A DNA stretch of 38,805 nt from an uncultured Candidatus Saccharibacteria bacterium (lineage in GTDB: Bacteria > Patescibacteriota > Saccharimonadia > Saccharimonadales > CAYOYH01), in contig CAYOYH010000001.1 in NCBI GenBank assembly GCA_964408165.1, positions 1 through 38,805 of the forward strand, given 5' to 3'. Below the pieces are notes generated by a model. It was not told the origin of the DNA and did no database searches. It saw nothing but the letters and a program-made list of their open reading frames with translations. Below, in pieces: positions 27,764 to 36,689 of the stretch; position 1 is the stretch's first letter, and each line of letters opens with the position of its first letter. The position numbers and the translations under genes were made by a program.

Positions 27764-30700
27764 TAAGCTTTTTCCAGTGGCGCAAAAGCAACGTTAAGCT
27801 TCTTGGTGCCGCGAGCACCGAACTTTATTTCCGCAGTTTGTCCGTCTACACCCTTAACGATCCCAACACCAAACACTGGGTGTCTAACTCGGTCACCACA
27901 GTGAAGATTTATCGGCGCTTCCTGAGCGTCGTACTCGACAGTCGGCTCGCTACCAGCCATTTCAAGGTCGCCTGCCGCTGAGACTTCCGAATCTATCTCG
28001 CTCAAAAACCGCGACGGAGCATTGTGTTGCACTGCACCATAAAGCAGTCGATTGCCGGCGTGAACCAAGTGCAACTCTTCTTTAGCTCGGGTCATGCCAA
28101 CGTAGCAGAGCCTTCGCTCCTCCTCCATTTGCGCCTGTTCCCAGAAAGCTCTGGAATGAGGAAATATACCCTCCTCCATACCAGCCATAAACACCACTGG
28201 AAATTCGAGCCCTTTTGCCGCATGCAGTGTCATCAAAGTAACGGCATCGGCTTTGGTATCGTAGCTATCGATGTCGCTAAGCAAAGCTACTTCCTCTAAA
28301 AACCCGTCTATGCCGAGTTCGACATATTCATGCGCCACCGACAGCAGTTCCCGCACATTCTCAATTCTTGATTCGCCCTGCAGGGTTTTATCGTCCAGAT
28401 AGTCAAAATAGTTGATCTGGCGAATCAACATATCTAGCACATTTTGAAGCGACGCGTCCTGCGAATATTCACGCAATTTTTCTAGTAACTGCGCTAACTC
28501 AACTAAGCCTTTTAGAGCTCGCTTGGTGAGTTTCGGGTGGGTTGCTACTTGGTTCATAGCCTCTGGCAAACTAAGCCCCGAAGCCTCCTGCCAGGAAAAA
28601 AAGCTCTCCAACGATTTGGCGCCAACACCCCGAGCAGGAACATTGACGATACGCAGGAAACTAACCCTGTCACTAGGCTGATACATCAAGCGCAGGTAGG
28701 CCACGATATCCTTAATCTCTTTACGGTCATAAAAACGCACCCCGCCGACAATGCGATATGGCACTCCGTATTGAACAAAGGCTTCCTCCAGCGCCCTGGA
28801 CTGAGCGTTGGTGCGGTACAAAACAGCGAAATCGCTATATTTTCTTTTGCCCCTGCTCACTGCTGAGCGAACTGCCCGTATGACATGCTCGCCTTCTTCT
28901 CGTTCGCCGCGGACACTCTCCACCTGCACCGGCAAACCAGCCTGGGCGTCGGTCCAAAGCTCTTTTTTTGAGCGACTTTGGTTTTTGGTAATTATCTGGT
29001 GGGCAGCGTCCAGTATCGACTGCGTAGAGCGATAATTTTGTTCGAGCTTGATGAGCGTAGTGTCAGGATAGTCTTTCTCGAAATTCAAAATATTGCGATA
29101 ATCCGCCCCGCGCCAAGAATAGATTGAATTATGCACAACCACATTTGCGGCTACGTAGTTATGCACCTGGTCGATGTCTAGGTCATACACTTCGCCACTG
29201 AAGCTGTCTTTACTGACTTCGACCACTTTGTCGTTGATAATTTTACCTTTTTTCATCACTGGCAACTCCATGCCGGCGTGAACTTGCCCAGCGGGCATGA
29301 ATGAGTATTTTTTATCAGAAATATTGGCAAATTTATTCACCTGCATTATTTCCTTATTCGCCGCTACCCTGTCGAGCAATTGTTCGATCTTTCCAAAATC
29401 TTTACTAAACACTTCTACGCGATAGGTTCCTTGTTTGCCTTGTCTCACATTTAGGCCCAGTTTTTCGAAAACTTTTAGGTCTTTTTTACTGGTGGTATTG
29501 ACCGATAATCTACTTGCAGACCAAGGGCTGGTAGTAGATATGCGTCTATCTCCAAAAAGTACAACATTTAGATTGACTCGCTTTAACCCATTGCGCACGG
29601 TCGCCTGAGGCTGGAAATGTGGATATTGAAAATTAATTGTTAAATCGCTCATTAGTTTTTGGGCTCTGTCTTTTGTATCTATTTCGGAAAAAATCGAGTC
29701 AATATATTTTTGGTCAAACTTCATTTGCCTGTTGGAATAAGCATGGAAAAGGAGCATTGGAATTCCGTATTTATACGAATACAAAGACTCCCAATAAAGA
29801 GCTTCTTGTCGGTTGGCACAAATTTTCAACACCCACATTCGATCAGCTCTTTCTTGATTGGCACGAACGCGTAGTCCGCTGTCGTACCCTCTTCCATCGC
29901 TGCGCGAACCTTTAGTGATTCCGATCCTGTAACCCTTGCCGCGCGAATACATTAAATACACAAAGTAGCCCTCTATTTTACCCCCCCTAGCGAACAGAAG
30001 ATGGTTTGGCGTAACGCGCAACTTCTGGTTTGAAGCTGTTTTAATAACCACCACGGCACCTTGGTATTTAAACTTGCGCAACTTCGTAACCTCAAAAAAC
30101 CCTGTTTTGCCGTAGCCACTCGCTGAGTGCACCATGTCGCCTTTTTTTACGATTTCAATATTCATCTCGCCGTTAGCAGTTTTAACTTTTGTGCCAGGAA
30201 GGAGGCATTGCCAGTCGTCGCCCACAACACAGATATTTTGATGTTTCTTGGCTAAAATTTTCACCAGCTGATACTGCGCAGCGTTAGTGTCTTGGTATTC
30301 GTCTATCAAGATATGTGAAAAATGCTTCTGCCATTTGGCGCGAACCTTCGTAGAACTTTCCAGCATCTGAACCGTTTTTTGCAACAAATCGTCAAAATCC
30401 AGCGCATTGGCTTCTTTGAGTAGTTTCTGGTAGACAACAAACACATCAGCGACTACCTTTTGGTTTGGTGTAGAGGCAGTAGCGGTGTAGTCTGACGGGC
30501 TCAGCATTTCGTTTTTAGCGCTGGAAATTAGACTAGCCACAGTTCTGGGCGCGTATTGCTTGGGATCAATACTAAGGCGTTTCATAGATTCTTTAATTGC
30601 CGCCGTCTGGTCTAGCGTGTCGAAAATGACGAAATTAGCTGGAATCGATATGTGTTCGCCATCTAGGCGTAAGAGGCGTACGCAGATAGAGTGGAAAGTC

Positions 30701-30975
30701 CCCATGAACGGCATCCAGCCACGGTTTGGGGCGGACTGTGAAGAACCGGTCATGAGTTCGTAAACTCGATTGCGCATTTCACCAGCCGCTTTATTGGTAA
30801 AAGTGACCGCCAATATATTCTCTGGAGCAATGTTTTTTTCACTCACCAAATAAGCGATGCGGTGCGTCAGAGTTTTGGTTTTACCACTGCCGGCACCAGC
30901 TAAAATCAAAAGCGGTCCATCGGTTTGTTGGACAGCCTTTTTTTGCTGATCGTTTAACCCCTCGAAAATATTCAC
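27763..30975 (-). CDS. pcrA: PcrA/UvrD-family ATP-dependent DNA helicase interrupted by an intein
   Basis: AGAGSGKT, ILIDEYQDTN, VVGDDWQ / SIYSWRGAD split, YRSTQ, VMTLHAAKGLEF, YVGMTRAKE, C-terminal HPVFGVGIV Tudor-like tail. GTG start. Confidence 0.9.
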   Translation of the reverse strand: MNIFEGLNDQQKKAVQQTDGPLLILAGAGSGKTKTLTHRIAYLVSEKNIAPENILAVTFTNKAAGEMRNRVYELMTGSSQSAPNRGWMPFMGTFHSICVRLLRLDGEHISIPANFVIFDTLDQTAAIKESMKRLSIDPKQYAPRTVASLISSAKNEMLSPSDYTATASTPNQKVVADVFVVYQKLLKEANALDFDDLLQKTVQMLESSTKVRAKWQKHFSHILIDEYQDTNAAQYQLVKILAKKHQNICVVGDDWQCLLPGTKVKTANGEMNIEIVKKGDMVHSASGYGKTGFFEVTKLRKFKYQGAVVVIKTASNQKLRVTPNHLLFARGGKIEGYFVYLMYSRGKGYRIGITKGSRSDGRGYDSGLRVRANQERADRMWVLKICANRQEALYWESLYSYKYGIPMLLFHAYSNRQMKFDQKYIDSIFSEIDTKDRAQKLMSDLTINFQYPHFQPQATVRNGLKRVNLNVVLFGDRRISTTSPWSASRLSVNTTSKKDLKVFEKLGLNVRQGKQGTYRVEVFSKDFGKIEQLLDRVAANKEIMQVNKFANISDKKYSFMPAGQVHAGMELPVMKKGKIINDKVVEVSKDSFSGEVYDLDIDQVHNYVAANVVVHNSIYSWRGADYRNILNFEKDYPDTTLIKLEQNYRSTQSILDAAHQIITKNQSRSKKELWTDAQAGLPVQVESVRGEREEGEHVIRAVRSAVSRGKRKYSDFAVLYRTNAQSRALEEAFVQYGVPYRIVGGVRFYDRKEIKDIVAYLRLMYQPSDRVSFLRIVNVPARGVGAKSLESFFSWQEASGLSLPEAMNQVATHPKLTKRALKGLVELAQLLEKLREYSQDASLQNVLDMLIRQINYFDYLDDKTLQGESRIENVRELLSVAHEYVELGIDGFLEEVALLSDIDSYDTKADAVTLMTLHAAKGLEFPVVFMAGMEEGIFPHSRAFWEQAQMEEERRLCYVGMTRAKEELHLVHAGNRLLYGAVQHNAPSRFLSEIDSEVSAAGDLEMAGSEPTVEYDAQEAPINLHCGDRVRHPVFGVGIVKGVDGQTAEIKFGARGTKKLNVAFAPLEKA
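29128..30207 (-). mobile_element. 360-aa intein in helicase motif III (residues 257-616)
   Basis: Starts CLLPGTKV, has block B VTPNHLLF, and ends VYDLDIDQVHNYVAANVVVHN followed by Ser+1. Excision restores DDWQSIYSWRGA. Confidence 0.85.
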
Positions 30976-31414
30976 TACACAAATAGTCTATAGCAATCCT
31001 CCAGGTACAAAAGCCCTAAATTCCTGGTGATGAATTACTGGGGGGTCAAAAACTACTTCTTCGATTGAGGCATACCTGGCGGTTCTCAAACAAACAGGTT
31101 TCAAGGGTGGCACCCTTGAAAACCCTTCGGAAAAATACTTTTCGTAAAGGAGGCCCCTGGGTTCACAAGGGGCTACCCCTTGCGACCTTGTAGTATTCGT
31201 AACCAGCCTAGGATTTTTGGTTACTGAGGCACGGCTAGGAAGATGTCAGTTTTGTTCCTGCGGGATTGCTATCGGCCGGAGAGTTTCATCTTGATGTAAC
31301 CAAAGAATGCCAACTGGCACTCGATATTTCATGAAAAGCGGATTTAACTCGAATTCTCATTATAAAGATTTTGAATGCGAAGTGTTGAGGCCTAGCAGTA
31401 GATGGAGGTTTTTA

Positions 31415-32245
31415 TTAGCTTAATGCAACCAAAGAAGCTAAATCGATTATCTCTAGTTCACTCAACACATAGGCCGTGGCTAAAATGACTACCAAAACAG
31501 CGATGAACACCTTGATAGATCCGCTTTGGCGGTGATGGTGACTGATTTTTATAGGTACATGATACTGCTTGGTGTCGAAGGTTTTGAGCGCCTCACCTCC
31601 TGAGGCACCAATGGTTCCTTCTGTTGATTTTGCATTAGGTATCTGAGCCTCTAGTTCGTCGGTATTGCCTGGGCTCTGCTCGGCAAGAACAGGATTTGAC
31701 GGTAGGGTCTTGATGACAGGTTTTTCTGGCTCTAGTTTTTTCTTTGGCGCTGCCTCAGCTTCTTCTTTGGCCGGCTCCCTCTGCTTTAGTTGCAACTCCT
31801 CAGTCATCGGCTGGTCTTGAATTTTTTTGGACTCTTTTGTCTTTAGTGGTGGTCTCACAACCACATCCACAATAGACCTTGCCGTAGGCTTAGGCATTAC
31901 TTTGACCGTATCATTGGCCGACTCACCGATTGGCTTAAGTTTAGTGTTGGAAACAAGCATAGTCTGACTCTCCCCTTTTCCGGGAGATGCGATACTAGTT
32001 TTTTCATCTTTTTTTACGTAGGCATTTCTTGTGACAATCTTAATGTCACCGGCAACTTCTTTGGACTGTTCTTGCTTCTTGATTGTGGAAGCTGGCTCAT
32101 TTTCAACAATAGTCTTCGAGGCTGGTTTTTCCATCAGCTTTGGTCTAGTGGCTATCTCGTCCATATGAGCGTCAATAGCCGCTGACAGCTCGTCGATAGA
32201 CATGTCTTCGTCATTGTTATCTTGGGGTGTGTCCTTGGCTGTCAT
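31415..32245 (-). CDS. hypothetical tail-anchored, Lys/Glu/Pro-rich low-complexity protein
   Basis: 276 aa with a single C-terminal TM helix (IKVFIAVLVVILATAYVL). Starts 3 nt downstream of the tpiA stop codon. Confidence 0.55.
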   Translation of the reverse strand: MTAKDTPQDNNDEDMSIDELSAAIDAHMDEIATRPKLMEKPASKTIVENEPASTIKKQEQSKEVAGDIKIVTRNAYVKKDEKTSIASPGKGESQTMLVSNTKLKPIGESANDTVKVMPKPTARSIVDVVVRPPLKTKESKKIQDQPMTEELQLKQREPAKEEAEAAPKKKLEPEKPVIKTLPSNPVLAEQSPGNTDELEAQIPNAKSTEGTIGASGGEALKTFDTKQYHVPIKISHHHRQSGSIKVFIAVLVVILATAYVLSELEIIDLASLVALS

Positions 32246-32248
32246 TTG

Positions 32249-33016
32249 CTAACTCCCGGCTAAATGGTGCGCCGAGCTAACAATCTCGGCAAATTGCTTG
32301 TAATTGAGGCTGGCACCGCCAACTAAGAGACCGTCTACGCCCTCGATGTTCATATAGCTTTTGGCGTTGTCTGGCTTTACGCTTCCACCGTAGAGCACCC
32401 TTAGTCCTTGTTCGGCTTTCGGACCATAAAGTTCGCGTACATTATGTCGGATAAAGTCTGTTGCTTCTTTGACTTGGTCTGGCTTGGCATAGTCACCGGT
32501 GCCTATGGCCCAAACCGGTTCATAAGCAATTGCTAAATCTTGAATTTCTTTGGCGGTTAGATTGCGCAAATCGGCCATTAATTGATCGTGTAGCACTTGC
32601 TTGGTTTCACCGCTAACGCGATCGACTGATGCTTCGCCGACACACAAGATTGGCTTTATTTTGTTTCGCACTAGGGCTGAGAGTTTTTTGCCGATGATGT
32701 CGTCGGTCTCGCCGAAAACATGCCGTCTTTCGGAATGGCCAACCAGACAGTAATCCACCAACCCATGAAGCATAGCTGCCGATACTTCGCCGGTGTAGGC
32801 GCCTTCATCTTTGTAGAATGCGTCCTGAGCGCCCAGTTTCATTTTGTGTTTGTTGGTCTGTAGATTGAGTGGCTGAATAGACATGATGCTAGGGAAAATA
32901 ACTACCTCTACATCTCGGTGCGCTTCGATATTTTTCTCAAGTCTATGCAGTAAAACACTGGCCTGATGGGTGTTTAGATTCATTTTCCAGTTACCGGCGA
33001 TTAGTTTTTTACGCAT
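32249..33016 (-). CDS. tpiA: triose-phosphate isomerase
   Basis: AGNWKMN, VGHSERR, AYEPVWAIGTG, LYGGSV. Confidence 0.95.
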   Translation of the reverse strand: MRKKLIAGNWKMNLNTHQASVLLHRLEKNIEAHRDVEVVIFPSIMSIQPLNLQTNKHKMKLGAQDAFYKDEGAYTGEVSAAMLHGLVDYCLVGHSERRHVFGETDDIIGKKLSALVRNKIKPILCVGEASVDRVSGETKQVLHDQLMADLRNLTAKEIQDLAIAYEPVWAIGTGDYAKPDQVKEATDFIRHNVRELYGPKAEQGLRVLYGGSVKPDNAKSYMNIEGVDGLLVGGASLNYKQFAEIVSSAHHLAGS

Positions 33017-33231
33017 AAGTTTTTCTATAGCCCACCTTCGTTCTTATGGTTACTATCATAAGTTACCGAGGCGAAACTGGCAACACGAACTCGAGTCCTG
33101 TCGTAGTATCTTTAAAAACTTTCCCGCTGACTAGAGTGGCTGACTGGCGGTGAATTCGGATATGCGCAGGTACTTAAATAAAAGTCAGCACCTGGCTCTA
33201 GCAAGCCTGTTTGACTACCCAAGAAATCGGA

Positions 33232-34419
33232 TTATTTATCCAGGAGCGCTTCAACGCCTGGTAAATCTCTGCCAGCCATCAGCTCTAGGCTAGCTCCACC
33301 ACCAGTGGAAACATGAGTAAATTTGTCCACTAAGCCAAGCTTATGTATAAACCCAGCGCTGTCGCCACCGCCAATAATACAGTTTAAGTTTTGGCTGGCG
33401 ATAAACTTGGCCACTTCTTCGGTGCCTTTTTTGAACTTTTCAAACTCAACTACACCTAAGGGGCCGTTCCAGATAATCGTGCCGGCGGTTTTTAGGGTTT
33501 TTTTAATATTCTCGATAGTGCGGGGACCAAAATCCATTATTATGTCGGCACTGGCGACATCTTCGGTGGCAACATCATGCCTTTCGGAGCTTTGGTCAAA
33601 GCTAGTCCCCACTGCTACATCAAAAGTCGGTAGTATTAGTTTGGTTTGGCTCAGTTCGCAGTGTTCTATTACCTCTTTGGCGGTGTCTGTTTCGTGGGGG
33701 TCGTATTTGCTAGAGCCGACATCGTAGCCCATGGCCACTAAAAAAGTATTGGCCATCGCTCCGCCAACAATCATGCTGTCTGAAGCTTCTAAAAAGCGCT
33801 CCAACAGATCAATCTTGTCCGCTATTTTGGCGCCACCGACCATCGTTACTAGCGGTTTTTGGGGGTCGTTAATCGCTTTGTTTATGGCTAAAACCTCGCC
33901 CTCTAGCAGTAGTCCGGCAACGGCTGGTAAGAACTGAGTGATGGCGTCAGTACTGGCGTGCGAGCGGTGCACTACCCCGAAGCCATCTTGGACGAAATAA
34001 TCGGCTAGTTTGGCTAGTTGTTTGGCGAACTCAGCGTCATTGCTTTCTTCCTCTTTGTGAAAACGCAAGTTTTCTAATAACAACACCTCGGCAGGCTTTA
34101 ATTTTTTCGTAGCTTGCCAGGCGCCGTCGCCAACAGTTGTTGGTGAAAAAGCAACTTCTTGGCCTAGAAGTTCACTCAGCCTCTGGGCTACAGGTTCTAG
34201 GCTTAAATCTTTGCTTACCCCTGGGCCAGGTCGCCCTAGGTGGGAAATGATGATGACTTTGGCGTTTTGATTTAGTAAATACTGGATTGTTGGTATGTTT
34301 TTGCGGATGCGGTAATCGTCGGTGATTTTGCTGTCGCTCATTGGCACATTGTAATCAGCACGCACCAAAACGGCTTTATCTGTAAAATCTATATCTCGAA
34401 CGGTTTTTTTATTGAACAT
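33232..34419 (-). CDS. pgk: phosphoglycerate kinase
   Basis: VRADYNVP, ISHLGRP, GGAKIADKI, IIGGGDS, STGGGASLE. Start at MFNKKTV. Confidence 0.95.
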   Translation of the reverse strand: MFNKKTVRDIDFTDKAVLVRADYNVPMSDSKITDDYRIRKNIPTIQYLLNQNAKVIIISHLGRPGPGVSKDLSLEPVAQRLSELLGQEVAFSPTTVGDGAWQATKKLKPAEVLLLENLRFHKEEESNDAEFAKQLAKLADYFVQDGFGVVHRSHASTDAITQFLPAVAGLLLEGEVLAINKAINDPQKPLVTMVGGAKIADKIDLLERFLEASDSMIVGGAMANTFLVAMGYDVGSSKYDPHETDTAKEVIEHCELSQTKLILPTFDVAVGTSFDQSSERHDVATEDVASADIIMDFGPRTIENIKKTLKTAGTIIWNGPLGVVEFEKFKKGTEEVAKFIASQNLNCIIGGGDSAGFIHKLGLVDKFTHVSTGGGASLELMAGRDLPGVEALLDK

Positions 34420-34544
34420 CTTGAGTCTTAGTGTACCAAAACACTTATGGTTTTTTCGAATAAACCTCAAAGAAACAGCAACACTTCAACACGTGCTCTT
34501 GGTTTGCGAACCGAGGTTCGACCTTCTCCGGAGAGAAGTACCAA

Positions 34545-34569
34545 TCAAAAACGCCACCGCAAGGGTGGC
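34545..34569 (-). terminator. intrinsic terminator after tRNA-Glu
   Basis: On the minus strand, gccacc-cttgc-ggtggc is followed by GTTTTTG. Confidence 0.7.
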
Positions 34570-34578
34570 ATGTTTGAT

Positions 34579-34653
34579 TGGTGATCCCAACGGGAGTCGA
34601 ACCCGTATTTCCAGGATGAAAACCTGGTGTCCTAACCATTAGACGATGGGACC
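34579..34653 (-). tRNA. tRNA-Glu (anticodon UUC), CCA encoded
   Basis: GGTCCCATCGTCTAATGGTTAGGACACCAGGTTTTCATCCTGGAAATACGGGTTCGACTCCCGTTGGGATCACCA folds as a cloverleaf with a 7-nt anticodon loop UUUUCAU. Confidence 0.9.
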
Positions 34654-34654
34654 G

Positions 34655-34929
34655 TGTTTTTATTGTAACAATATTTTGAATTTAACGATGTTGATCTACT
34701 TGTAGTTCCCGATGAATCGGGAGGTGTCCTACTCACCGATATTTGTCTGGTGACAAATTCGTCGAGCCCACCTCGGCGCCGCCCATGCCTCCGGCCTTGC
34801 GAAATGCCACTAGCAGTTCTACCACGGTCTTACTCGCTACAAAGTAGCGAATCAGCCGTCGCCACACCTCGCATCGGGCGTTAACACGCGCCGGTGCTCC
34901 GGTCTTGCGGAATGCTCCCAGCATTCCTC
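34655..34929 (-). ncRNA. candidate structured RNA or insertion, bracketed by an 18-bp direct repeat of the tRNA-Glu 5' end
   Basis: The direct repeat cattagacgatgggaccg is at 34637-34654 and 34930-34947. The interior is GC-rich with many hairpins. A TATAAT on the minus strand lies at 34968-34963. Confidence 0.3.
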
Positions 34930-35044
34930 ACATTAGACGATGGGACCGCTAAAGACGAACGATATTATAGCTTATATCTCGCGCTGACAGAAGTGTTGGT
35001 GACATTTTTTGACATAGAAGCGATTGGGTGTTTTTATTAGATGC

Positions 35045-35401
35045 ATGAACCCTGAGAAATCGACACCTCATGGCGTGTTTAACGATTTTGAATTTACACC
35101 TGTGGGCTGGTGGTTAGACACCTTAGCGGAGGAAATTGCAAAAGAATTAGGGAAGGCTCCTAGAATTGGGCGAGGCTCTGTGGTATTGGAACAAAACGAG
35201 AACGAAACTATTGTTTCGTTCCGCCAAAATGGTTCAGAATCAATAGTCAGTATCCTCGAGATAGATGGTCGAATCGTTCTGAAAGTGCACCCTGAAGCAG
35301 AAATCCTAACCCCTGACCACGCTGACGACATCGCTCATGAATTAGTACACCAGCTCGGCTACGCCGAACATCATCCTGGCCCCAGTAAAAGTTGTTGCTA
35401 G
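35045..35401 (+). CDS. hypothetical small protein with a C-terminal HExxH motif
   Basis: ORF with an ATG at 35045 and the motif AHELVHQLGY. A TTGACA lies at 35009-35014. Confidence 0.45.
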   Translation: MNPEKSTPHGVFNDFEFTPVGWWLDTLAEEIAKELGKAPRIGRGSVVLEQNENETIVSFRQNGSESIVSILEIDGRIVLKVHPEAEILTPDHADDIAHELVHQLGYAEHHPGPSKSCC

Positions 35402-35474
35402 GCATCGGTTTCTAGGAGTCGTGAATAACTACTTAAAACCGCACCGCAATCCTGACATTTCAAATTCAATTATT

Positions 35475-35500
35475 CAGGACTTACGCGCTCGTAAGTCCTG
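35475..35500 (+). terminator. 11-bp-stem hairpin related to the family D repeat head; likely terminator
   Basis: caggacttacg-cgct-cgtaagtcctg is followed by ttattat. Confidence 0.5.
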
Positions 35501-35678
35501 TTATTATAACTTTCTGAGGGCCGGAGTATTTATTATAATTTCATCTGTAAATTTAGTAAGTTAGCAGAGTGCAGTCTTTGCCAGCTCTTGCGAGTCAACT
35601 GACAGAGGTGTCCCTGCTGGCAAGTACTGTAAATATCGCCCCTTGAGTAAACAACTACCTCGCCGTTTCATTCTCACT

Positions 35679-35714
35679 ATTATACATATATGACGGCCGT
35701 CATATATGTATAAT
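35679..35714. promoter_or_regulatory. third copy of the 36-bp palindrome (perfect)
   Basis: attatacatatatgacggccgtcatatatgtataat. It differs from the 9013 copy only by a symmetric G>A / C>T pair. Confidence 0.7.
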
Positions 35715-36016
35715 TTGGGTCGCGACCTCAAGTTCGATTATTATACAAAAGGTTACGATCGTGAGTTTTGGTATAATAATTATTCCCCGGCAACAGATAA
35801 GAACTGTACCAAAATCTGTGGTCGTGTCTCTCGAAAAAACAACGAGAAACAAGTCGAAGCTATCTTGCACAGGCTTAAAACTTCACTGGCAGTGGCGGTG
35901 GTGTTTTAAAAATACTTGCCTCGGCAGTAAACCATCCTGTGGTTTTTTATAAAACTCGGATGAAACGCTCGCTCGACATTCCCCCTTGTGCTTTTTGAGA
36001 TTATATTATAAAAGCA

Positions 36017-36045
36017 TTGACATAATCATTTTTATATTGTAGGAT
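36017..36045 (+). promoter_or_regulatory. candidate sigma70-type promoter (TTGACA, 17-nt spacer, TAGGAT)
   Basis: TTGACA at 36017-36022 and TAGGAT at 36040-36045. Confidence 0.35.
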
Positions 36046-36689
36046 GTAGCCATCATCGTTTTGCGGCATGTGAGGTGGAGACTCACGAACAAGCGGGATG
36101 ACCGTTTGGACGCCCCGGGAAGATTGGGAAGTTTCACATCAGAATACAGGACTATTCGATAGGTCCGACGTTTCAGTCGGACTGTCTAGATTAGTTTTTT
36201 GTTTTCTGGAGACTCTCGCATATAGGCAACGCATTAAACCGCGAGAAATCTGTATGAGAGTGGAGTTCGAGGAAGAGCCGAGCACTAGAGTGAGCTGTAT
36301 GAATAATACTGCAAACGAAGCGCGCCAGGTTCTGACGACGAAATACGCCTCATGCAGGTTTCTGAGCCAAGTAGGACGAGTGGGCACATTAATAAGTCAA
36401 ATCGTTACAGTTTATTATTTTTCGAATTCTGACACAGCAGATCAGTTCATGAAGTGAATTCATGAATTCGCTGCTGTTATTGGCGACTACATCGTTGCTG
36501 AACTCCAGTAACTTTTTAGCGGTACCATCTTGTACAGCTAAAAAGCTGCTTCGTTCGCGCCTTGTGTTCGTCTAATCAGAATACGAAAAAATAACTTTGC
36601 TTCGTTTACTGAGAGCAGCTATATGTGCGCGGGGGTTTTATAAATGCATGCCGCAATTATTCACCCTGCGCATATTTCTCTGCTTTCAG

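Noticed and set aside
34445-34639. ORFs 34412..34642 (+) and 34445..34639 (-).
   Set aside because: They run through tRNA-Glu and its terminator.
34690-34760. Possible second tRNA with a UCA anticodon: stem-loop TCCCG-ATTCATC-CGGGA after a TAGGACACC D-arm-like string.
   Set aside because: There is no T-arm (GGTTCGA-type) and no 3' acceptor strand complementary to GGTCCCA. The spacing after the D-arm is also wrong.
34780-34860. Resemblance to the 5S rRNA 3' region (ATGCGAG..GAGTAAG..GAACTGCTAGTGGCAT) and to a hammerhead core (CTGAT..stem..GTAAG).
   Set aside because: There is no helix I partner and no CCGAAC loop for 5S. The hammerhead core needs CUGAUGA and GAAA flanking stem II, and neither is present.
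34733-34924. 63-aa Arg-rich minus-strand ORF inside the GC-rich segment upstream of tRNA-Glu.
   Set aside because: It has no SD, and its composition reflects GC-rich hairpins. An RNA or insertion interpretation fits better.
35706-35952. ORFs 35706..35909 and 35761..35952.
   Set aside because: They overlap in different frames. The first ATG lies inside the palindrome. There is no SD and no recognisable domain. I kept them only as a possibility under the palindrome finding.
36098-36457. 119-aa plus-strand ORF and the antisense ORF 36139..36387.
   Set aside because: The SD is weak, the composition is Cys/Arg-rich and atypical, and the ORF spans hairpins and the family A 20-mer. I consider the region more likely non-coding, though this is not proven.
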